Assembly (NCBI GenBank): GCA_051747585.1
Contig: JBNJGH010000021.1
Location: 9,243 to 42,737 of the forward strand
Origin: Candidatus Rifleibacteriota bacterium
Lineage (GTDB): Bacteria; Muiribacteriota; Ozemobacteria; Ozemobacterales; Ozemobacteraceae
Direction of reading: 5' to 3'
DNA: 33,495 nucleotides
Shown: one piece after another, positions 27,014 through 33,495 of the stretch
Layout of the letters: each line of letters begins with the position of its first letter
Position numbering within the stretch: position 1 is the first letter of the stretch
Notes under the pieces: model-generated
Databases searched by the model: none
What the model was told of the DNA's origin: nothing
Seen by the model: only the letters and a program-made list of their open reading frames with translations
Position numbers and translations under genes: made by a program

Positions 27014-28366
27014 TTAGTTTGAGTTGCCTTTAAGAACAGGGTTGTTTTCGGTTGCCTGCTTAACTTTGGTAACAAGCTTTTTAAAAGCGTTATTAATTTC
27101 GATTCCGGCAACATAAATCTCGTTGTTGTGCAGTATCGAAATATTTATGCCTTCTACCTCGCCAAGAATGAAAGCATACCTGTCGCCTTCAGTTTTGAAA
27201 ACGAAAGAATCATTATCTTCAGGATTCTCAAGCTCATTCTCGTCCTTTTTGTCTATACTTAGAAATTCTCTTACGGTAGCGTTTTTATAGCTATCGATGA
27301 AGGCATTCACTTCTCCTGCCGGAACAACTCTATCGTTTAGAAACCATTCGTCATCTTTTTTGACCAGTTCAATTGTTTCTGAAGCAGTTTTAAGCTCTAA
27401 GCCGGTGATTTTTTCTTTTTCTATTTCAGGAAAGTATTTGGCTCGCAGGTCGCTAACTGTTTTCTGCAGGGCCTGCAAATCTGATCTGAGTATTGCATGT
27501 ATTTCCTGGTTTTTATTCGTCTTAAAGTAAACTTCATTTGCTGAGGTTTCTCCGGTTTGCAGGGCAAATTTCACCCCTGCGTCATTAGTAAGAGAAATTT
27601 TAAATTCGTATGGTGCAAAACCCCATTGTTTTATATCTTTGGGTTCATCTTCAACAAATCTGGAAATTTTCAGACTCTGCAATTTCTGAATCAAGGCAGC
27701 TATGACCTCGGAATCAGCAGGCAAAGTGACCGGCTGGTTAATAAACCATTCGATTGAATCCTTATTTTCAAGCTCAATTGTTTTATCAGCATATTCAAGC
27801 TTAATGGAAGAAACCCTGCCAAATTTTTCATCGAAAACCGTCCTGTTTCTCAGGTTCTCAACGGTTTTATAAAAGTCGCCTCGAATGTAACTCGGCACCA
27901 TGTATACCCGGGGGTTACCCTTTTTGGAAACATAATAAGAGCCTCCTACCGGTGATTTACTGCCGAGCAATAAGTTAACGGCTTTGTTTTTTCCGGTTAT
28001 TTTAACCTCAGGTGAGTTTTCGCTTATACCAAACAGCGAAGTATCGGTAGCATTTTCGGCCACAATCATTTCAGATTTCAATTCGGCAAAATGATCAAGA
28101 ATTCCCTTTACTTCAGCGTATGCAGCATCATAAGTCCTGGGAAGAGTTATTTTAAATTCCTGACCGCTTTTTTGCAGTTTCAGGTTTTCTTTATCGTTTT
28201 GCAACCATGTAACAGACTCTATTTCATCGGCTTCAAGCCCTATTACCGGCTGCGGCTTTTGTTCTCCGGGTTCGAGAATTTTTTCTGTTTCATAATAATT
28301 GGCATAAATAAGCAACATCACCAATACCAGAAAAGCGATTAAAGTTGGTTTAAATCTTTTAAGCAT
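27014..28366 (-). CDS. DUF4340 domain membrane-anchored protein
   Basis: Start at ATG 28366 (AAGGAG RBS, 1 bp after the upstream stop); N-terminal TM helix; repeated DUF4340-like units (LLLGSKSPVGGSYYV, LRNRTVF, WFINQPVTLPAD). Confidence 0.8.
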   Translation of the reverse strand: MLKRFKPTLIAFLVLVMLLIYANYYETEKILEPGEQKPQPVIGLEADEIESVTWLQNDKENLKLQKSGQEFKITLPRTYDAAYAEVKGILDHFAELKSEMIVAENATDTSLFGISENSPEVKITGKNKAVNLLLGSKSPVGGSYYVSKKGNPRVYMVPSYIRGDFYKTVENLRNRTVFDEKFGRVSSIKLEYADKTIELENKDSIEWFINQPVTLPADSEVIAALIQKLQSLKISRFVEDEPKDIKQWGFAPYEFKISLTNDAGVKFALQTGETSANEVYFKTNKNQEIHAILRSDLQALQKTVSDLRAKYFPEIEKEKITGLELKTASETIELVKKDDEWFLNDRVVPAGEVNAFIDSYKNATVREFLSIDKKDENELENPEDNDSFVFKTEGDRYAFILGEVEGINISILHNNEIYVAGIEINNAFKKLVTKVKQATENNPVLKGNSN

Positions 28367-28367
28367 C

Positions 28368-29969
28368 TCAAACTCTCCTTCGATAAAGGAAAACACCTGC
28401 TCCGAGCAGAACGACAATCAATGGTGAAATCACTACACAAACAGTAAAAATATGATTAGCGGAAGCTTGATCGAGAATAACCTCAGAAACTTCTACAACC
28501 TTAGGTCTTATCGAGATCATCTGCTCTTGACCAGCCAACCAGTTCACGCTGTTTATAAAAAGGTCTTTATTGCCGCCAAAACCGATAAATGAATTCGAAA
28601 TAAAATCGGAATCGCCAAAAATAAGAATTCTGGCTCCCGAAGCTGTTTTCTGACCTTCAGCTATGACAGCCAGATTAAAAGGCCCGCGTGCATCTTTACC
28701 CTGTTCAAATGCAAGTTTTATTTGTTCGCCACTTTCAAGTCCCCGCTTTGCCCAGGCAGTATCAACTGTTTTTAAATAAGGTTCTGCTTTAAAAGTTTCT
28801 TTCTTTTCCAGATTGAGACTGCGACAATGAAACATAATGCTTACAAGATTATTTTCTGCAAGCGGCTCAAGAGATTTATGTGAGGTTAGTTCCGGAGCTA
28901 CGGTCCAGTATTCTCTTTGAATTCCCCTAGGGTCGACTACCACATCATTATTGGCAAGCACGCCAAATTCAGATAAAAGAAAGTTTTCAAGATTTTCGGT
29001 TTCGCTCATAGGATCGAGAGCAACTATAAGCTTGCCTGCGCGACCGCGAACAAAAGATTTTATCTTGTTAAGTTCAGATTCAAGGAAATCTCTTTGCGGA
29101 GAAATTATAGCCAGAACTGTTGTTTCCGAAGCGATATCCTGCTGAATAAGGTTGATATCTTCTACGTCATAGTTTTCCCGATTTAACAGTTCATTTAATC
29201 CGGCAACATCGCGGCCTTTATGACCGGTTATTGAAGCCTCGCCATGTCCACTTACAAAATCCACTCTTCTTTTAGTTCCACTGGTCACATTGATAATTGC
29301 AGAAGTAATAACCTGTTCACCCTTGAATTTAGGTTTACTTTCAGGGCCGGCATGGGAAGACGGACTAACAAAGATATCAGTTCCCATAATGTCTTTTCGA
29401 CTGGTTTCACACTGAACCACCAAAGTACCCGGCGAGTCTACGTTCATTGCCTTTACTGTCATAGGGTCACGAAAAGGATCAACAAACTTCACAATAAGTT
29501 TATCGCTGTGACGTTGATACTCGTCGAGCAATTCTTTTACCATATCTTCTTCACGAGTGCTCTGCGGATAAAAGGCAGTTATCTTTACATCTTTTTTAAG
29601 ATTCCTAACTGTTTTTATCGTCTGATCAGAGATCGAGAACATCTGGTTGCGGGTAAAATCATAGCGTATATTTCTTCGGAAACCTATATGAGCAAGAAGA
29701 ACTCCGATTCCTATAATAATAAGAACCAGAACTATATCATTTACCCATAACAGGGTTCTTTTATTTTTAACCAGCTCATAAAACATCGCCGGGCGTAGCA
29801 GAAAAGAAAGTGCTACTACCATAATACCGCCGGCAAGAGTGCCGACAGCAAGCCTTCCTTCACTTGGAAAATTGGCATAAAGCAACCCTGAAGTCAAAAT
29901 AGCCACAAGACCAAGAATAAGTATAATGTATGGATAAACAGGTATCTGTATTTTTCTTTTATCTTTCAT
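28368..29969 (-). CDS. GldG-family ABC auxiliary component
   Basis: Three N-terminal TM helices, RYDFTRNQMFSIS..T, FVDP, EQVITSAI, FVSGHGE, IFGDSDF, NKDLFINSVNWL, C-terminal TM helix. Confidence 0.88.
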   Translation of the reverse strand: MKDKRKIQIPVYPYIILILGLVAILTSGLLYANFPSEGRLAVGTLAGGIMVVALSFLLRPAMFYELVKNKRTLLWVNDIVLVLIIIGIGVLLAHIGFRRNIRYDFTRNQMFSISDQTIKTVRNLKKDVKITAFYPQSTREEDMVKELLDEYQRHSDKLIVKFVDPFRDPMTVKAMNVDSPGTLVVQCETSRKDIMGTDIFVSPSSHAGPESKPKFKGEQVITSAIINVTSGTKRRVDFVSGHGEASITGHKGRDVAGLNELLNRENYDVEDINLIQQDIASETTVLAIISPQRDFLESELNKIKSFVRGRAGKLIVALDPMSETENLENFLLSEFGVLANNDVVVDPRGIQREYWTVAPELTSHKSLEPLAENNLVSIMFHCRSLNLEKKETFKAEPYLKTVDTAWAKRGLESGEQIKLAFEQGKDARGPFNLAVIAEGQKTASGARILIFGDSDFISNSFIGFGGNKDLFINSVNWLAGQEQMISIRPKVVEVSEVILDQASANHIFTVCVVISPLIVVLLGAGVFLYRRRV

Positions 29970-29975
29970 TTGAGT

Positions 29976-30686
29976 TTACCTCCACCTTTCTGATTCAAGC
30001 ACTCTGGTGGCAAGAAACAACCATATAAATGTAAAAACTATAAAAAAGACAACGTTGCCGCTATCAATCACACCTCTTAAAAAATCAGAATAACGGTCAA
30101 AAATTGACAGGCTGCCTAAAATTTCACCAAAAGCATTATCGAATGCATGTTCTGCCCAGCCGAAGATCCAGAAAAGCAACATTCCGCCAAAGCTCAGCAT
30201 GGCAGCAACAACCTGGTTTTCACTCAAAGAGCTGGCAAACAGGCCAATGGAAATAAAGGCTGCACTCAATAGAATCAAGCCAAAATAACCGCTGTAGACC
30301 GGCCCCAGATCAAAATCGTTCGCATATTGTGCAAGAATAAATGGATATTGAAAAGTTAAAATAATCAATACAAGATAAAGAATCAGGCAGGCCAGAAATT
30401 TACCGGTAATTATTTCAAAGGGCGATATGGGCGAGGTAAGAAGCAGCTCCATGGTTCTGGATTTTCGTTCTTCGCTGATCAATCGCATTGTCATTACCGG
30501 CGAAGCCAGCAATAATACAAAAGAAGCATTGTATAAAAGAGGTTCAAGAGATGCCATTTTACTGGTTACCAGCACAACCCAGAACAGGTAGCCGACAATC
30601 AATAAAAAAGAGGCGAATACTATATAAGCTATGGGCGAAAAAAAGAAACTCTGCAGCTCTTTTTTCATTACGGCAAAAATTTTCAT
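29976..30686 (-). CDS. ABC-2 type permease (GldF-like)
   Basis: KELQSFFFSPIAY, TMRLISEERKSRTMELLLTSP, GKFLA, IGLFASSLSENQVVA. Confidence 0.92.
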   Translation of the reverse strand: MKIFAVMKKELQSFFFSPIAYIVFASFLLIVGYLFWVVLVTSKMASLEPLLYNASFVLLLASPVMTMRLISEERKSRTMELLLTSPISPFEIITGKFLACLILYLVLIILTFQYPFILAQYANDFDLGPVYSGYFGLILLSAAFISIGLFASSLSENQVVAAMLSFGGMLLFWIFGWAEHAFDNAFGEILGSLSIFDRYSDFLRGVIDSGNVVFFIVFTFIWLFLATRVLESERWR

Positions 30687-31630
30687 GCGTCAGCCCCCCT
30701 TTCTTCTCCTGAGGTGAGTTTGATAAATACCTCTTCCAGGCTGACTTTAACCGGGGAAATTTCCCGAAAAACCGTGCCCTCAGCAACAATTTTGCTGAAA
30801 AGAGGATCAAAATCTTTTTCTTCAGCTAATTCAAGATTAAGTTTAATCAGTCCATCTTCTTGGCTTTCATCTAAAATTCTGGCTGCTTCGCATTTTTGCA
30901 TAATTTCGCGCCAGTTAGAATCTGCTGACGGCTTGAGAGTGATTTTCCAATGAAATCTACCCGAAGAATTCTTTTCCAGGTTTTCTACCGAATCAACCGC
31001 CACAATCTCGCCTTCGTTAATAATTACTACACGATTACAGGTCATACTGACTTCGGCCAGATAATGAGTAGATAAAATAATGGTGTGATCTTTGGCCAGA
31101 TCTTTGATAAGGCTTCTGATTTCAATGATCTGATTTGGGTCAAGCCCTACAGTAGGTTCATCGAGAATCAAAACTTCAGGGTTATGCAGCAAGGCTTGTG
31201 CAATGCCTACTCTCTGGCGAAAGCCCTTGGAAAGATGACCGATAACTCTATCGAGATGGTCCGCCAAACCCATTCTCTGCGCTGTTTCAACAATTCTTTC
31301 TTTTCTGACCTTTCGCGGTACTTCTTTAATTTCACCGACAAAATTCAAATAAGATTCAACTGTCATTTCATGATAAAGAGGCGGAGTTTCAGGTAAATAA
31401 CCAAGCCGACGCCTTACCTCGATTGAATCTTCAAAAACATCATAGCCTGCAACAGTTGCAGTGCCTGAAGTAGCGGGAAGAAAGCTGGTAAGAATTCGCA
31501 TGGCGGTTGTTTTTCCGGCACCGTTTGGCCCCAGCAAGCCAAGAATTTCGCCCTTTTCTACTTTTAAATTTACATTGTTAAGTGCTCTAAAATTACCAAA
31601 ATATCTGGTAATATTTTTCATCTCAATCAC
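30683..31630 (-). CDS. ABC transporter ATP-binding protein (GldA-like)
   Basis: Walker A GPNGAGKTT, signature LSKGFRQR, Walker B LILDEPT; GTG start; overlaps the permease start (ATGA). Confidence 0.95.
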   Translation of the reverse strand: MIEMKNITRYFGNFRALNNVNLKVEKGEILGLLGPNGAGKTTAMRILTSFLPATSGTATVAGYDVFEDSIEVRRRLGYLPETPPLYHEMTVESYLNFVGEIKEVPRKVRKERIVETAQRMGLADHLDRVIGHLSKGFRQRVGIAQALLHNPEVLILDEPTVGLDPNQIIEIRSLIKDLAKDHTIILSTHYLAEVSMTCNRVVIINEGEIVAVDSVENLEKNSSGRFHWKITLKPSADSNWREIMQKCEAARILDESQEDGLIKLNLELAEEKDFDPLFSKIVAEGTVFREISPVKVSLEEVFIKLTSGEERGADA

Positions 31631-31735
31631 TAATTTATTCCCCCTTATTATTGGCGATAAGGATGAAGCCTTAAACTTTTGACCAGGTCAGGTTTAAAAG
31701 GTTCCAACTTTTTAGCTACAACAAACAGTCGACAC

Positions 31736-31764
31736 TTGAAATAAAACCTGCAATTTGCGATAAT
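31736..31764 (+). promoter_or_regulatory. Probable sigma-70 promoter for the glycosyltransferase genes
   Basis: TTGAAA-N17-GATAAT with an extended -10 TG; AAGGA RBS downstream. Confidence 0.55.
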
Positions 31765-31790
31765 TCAGCAAATCTATTAAGGAAAAGTTT

Positions 31791-32576
31791 ATGACCACTC
31801 TGGGTATATCTCTTATAGCACATAATGAAGAAAAGCAAATCGCGCGGGCTTTAAAATCTGCAGCATTTGCAAATGATATAGTTGTTGTTAACTGTGAGTC
31901 AACAGATAAAACCCGTGAAATAGTTAAAGAATTCGACGGAGTAAGATTATTCGATCGGCCGAACAACAAAAATCTCAATGTAAATAAAAGTTTTGGTTTT
32001 GAACAGCTGAAAACAGACTGGATCTTTTATCTGGATCCGGATGAAGTGATCCCGACTCAACTGGCAGAAGAAATTAAAACGGCTATTGAATCTGATGAAT
32101 ATGCTGCTTACAAGCTTCCGCGTAAAAACATATTTTTCGGTCGCTGGCTGCAACATGGAAGTCAATATCCCGACATACAGCTGCGTCTTTTTAAAAGAGG
32201 CAAAGCAGGTTTTGCAAACAAACATGTTCATGAAATGCTCGAAGTAAAAGGAAAAGTAGGATTATTACAAAACGCTTTTGAGCATTGCCCCTACCCCGAA
32301 TTACAAGACTATATAAGAAAAATGAATTTTTATACCAGTTTTCAGGCAGAATTCTGGCTTAATTCAAATATGAATCCTTCAATGTTTAACAAGCTGCGCT
32401 ATTTATTTTTGCGCCCCTATTTCAGGTTTTTACGCAGGTATCTACTCAAGCAGGGGTTTCGTGATGGATGGCAGGGTTTCATAGCCGCTGCCGGGGATGC
32501 TTTTCAAAATTCTGTCAGTTTCGCTAAATTTCTGGAGATGAATTCAAAGAGTAATGAAAATAATTCAAATTCTTAA
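31791..32576 (+). CDS. Glycosyltransferase family 2 (WaaE/KdtX-like, LPS-related)
   Basis: IAHNEEKQI, STDKT, DWIFYLDPDE (DxD), YPDIQLRLF, VHE, GFRDGWQGF. Confidence 0.9.
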   Translation: MTTLGISLIAHNEEKQIARALKSAAFANDIVVVNCESTDKTREIVKEFDGVRLFDRPNNKNLNVNKSFGFEQLKTDWIFYLDPDEVIPTQLAEEIKTAIESDEYAAYKLPRKNIFFGRWLQHGSQYPDIQLRLFKRGKAGFANKHVHEMLEVKGKVGLLQNAFEHCPYPELQDYIRKMNFYTSFQAEFWLNSNMNPSMFNKLRYLFLRPYFRFLRRYLLKQGFRDGWQGFIAAAGDAFQNSVSFAKFLEMNSKSNENNSNS

Positions 32577-33495
32577 TTCACCAAACTGGAGCGGTGCTTC
32601 AAATTATTGTATTTCGGTTTCCCGGCAATTGATAGAGCTCGGTCATGAAGTTTTACTGTTAACCGAGCCCGGCAAACCTGCTTACAAAGCAGAAAAAGCC
32701 GGAATCCCCATGGATACGAGTATCAGGCTCAATCATCGTAATCCTTACCTGTTTCTTCATGCCATGAAAAGAATGAAGCACATATTCAGGCAATTCAAGC
32801 CCGATTTTATTTCTGCACATATAAACGAAGGTGCCTGGATGGCAGGCATGATAGCAAAAAAATATTGCCCTGAAAGCCTGGTTGTCAGAGTTCGAACCGA
32901 TATAGATCCACCAAAGGGCCACTTTATCAACCGTTACGTGCATCATGAGTGGACAGACCATCTGGTTGTAGGCTCAAAAAATCACAAAAGTCTCTGCCGG
33001 GAAATATTGGATTATTCTGAAGACAAAATAAGTATAGTTTATGGTGGCGTTGATACAGACAAGTTCAAACCACGCGACGCTGCAAACGACTATTTTCGCA
33101 AAGATATAAATATAGGAAACAATGAAATACTCATCGGCCTTCTTGCCAGGCTCGACCCGGTAAAAGGTCATGAATATGCGCTTGAAGCAATAAAAATACT
33201 TAATGAAGATCCGGAAATCGATGTGGCGTTTAAACTGGTCGCCCTGGGTTACGAAAATGAAAGAACTTTTAAATGGTTACACAAACTTGCTCAAAATTTA
33301 GGCATAGGTGACCAGGTAATCTCATTTGGCTTGAGAAAAGACATCGCCGGAATTCTGGCAGAACTAGATATCGGACTAATTACTTCTATTGGTTCGGAAG
33401 CCAACTCAAGGGCAGCGCTTGAATTTATGTCCTGTGCCAAACCCGTTGTCGGAACATCGGTTGGAGTTATCCCCGAAATTATCAGTAATAACCAG
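32554..33495 (+). CDS. Glycosyltransferase family 4 (GT-B), 3'-truncated by the window end; absent from the ORF track
   Basis: Manual translation from ATG 32554: MKIIQILNSPNWSGASNY...LGHEV...VYGGVDTDKF...LARLDPVKGH...GLRKDI...SEANSRAALEFMSCAKPVVGTSVGVIPEII; open to base 33495. Confidence 0.9.
   Translation, partial: MKIIQILNSPNWSGASNYCISVSRQLIELGHEVLLLTEPGKPAYKAEKAGIPMDTSIRLNHRNPYLFLHAMKRMKHIFRQFKPDFISAHINEGAWMAGMIAKKYCPESLVVRVRTDIDPPKGHFINRYVHHEWTDHLVVGSKNHKSLCREILDYSEDKISIVYGGVDTDKFKPRDAANDYFRKDINIGNNEILIGLLARLDPVKGHEYALEAIKILNEDPEIDVAFKLVALGYENERTFKWLHKLAQNLGIGDQVISFGLRKDIAGILAELDIGLITSIGSEANSRAALEFMSCAKPVVGTSVGVIPEIISNNQ

Noticed and set aside
28367..28417. N-terminal extension of the DUF4340 ORF
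   Set aside because: It overlaps the GldG C-terminus; the RBS supports the ATG at 28366.
2136..31978. Numerous 60-170 aa alternative-frame and antisense ORFs inside annotated genes
   Set aside because: They lie within or overlap well-supported CDSs and show no motifs or RBS.
32659..33171. Minus-strand ORFs 32659-32961 and 32974-33171
   Set aside because: They are antisense shadows of the plus-strand GT4 gene that starts at 32554.

Overview
A gene-dense, AT-rich bacterial chromosomal segment (roughly 35-40% GC by eye), mostly housekeeping and envelope genes. In order: two HEAT/PBS-repeat proteins plus a small membrane protein; dtd; secF-secD; a membrane-anchored TPR protein with a tyrosine-repeat/proline-rich/zinc-ribbon tail; a COG2403 P-loop enzyme (likely arginine synthetase ArcE type) with an FmdB zinc ribbon; a sigma-54 NtrC-type regulator; a Thermotoga-type RNase Z; psd-pssA; a secreted double-OB-fold protein and YkvA; a clostripain lipoprotein; serS; SRAP; a class I aminotransferase; a CASTOR/POLLUX-type channel; polX; a GldA/F/G-DUF4340 ABC operon; and two glycosyltransferases, the last running off the window end. 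The gene set suggests an anaerobic diderm, possibly Candidatus Riflebacteria (unverified impression). I found no CRISPR array, rRNA, tRNA, integrase or transposase. The most unusual non-coding signal is a ~210-bp nested palindromic element at 24766-24976 (28-bp perfect hairpin inside 15-bp and outer inverted repeats) upstream of an A-rich polX that has further REP-like hairpins downstream. The most unusual protein signals are the (G/A)FP(D/N)Y(E/D)NIG repeats in the TPR protein, the ArcE-like enzyme with a histone-like tail, and an N-terminal insertion in SerS. No complete novel multi-gene system is demonstrable from sequence alone. All family assignments are from motif recognition, without database searches.
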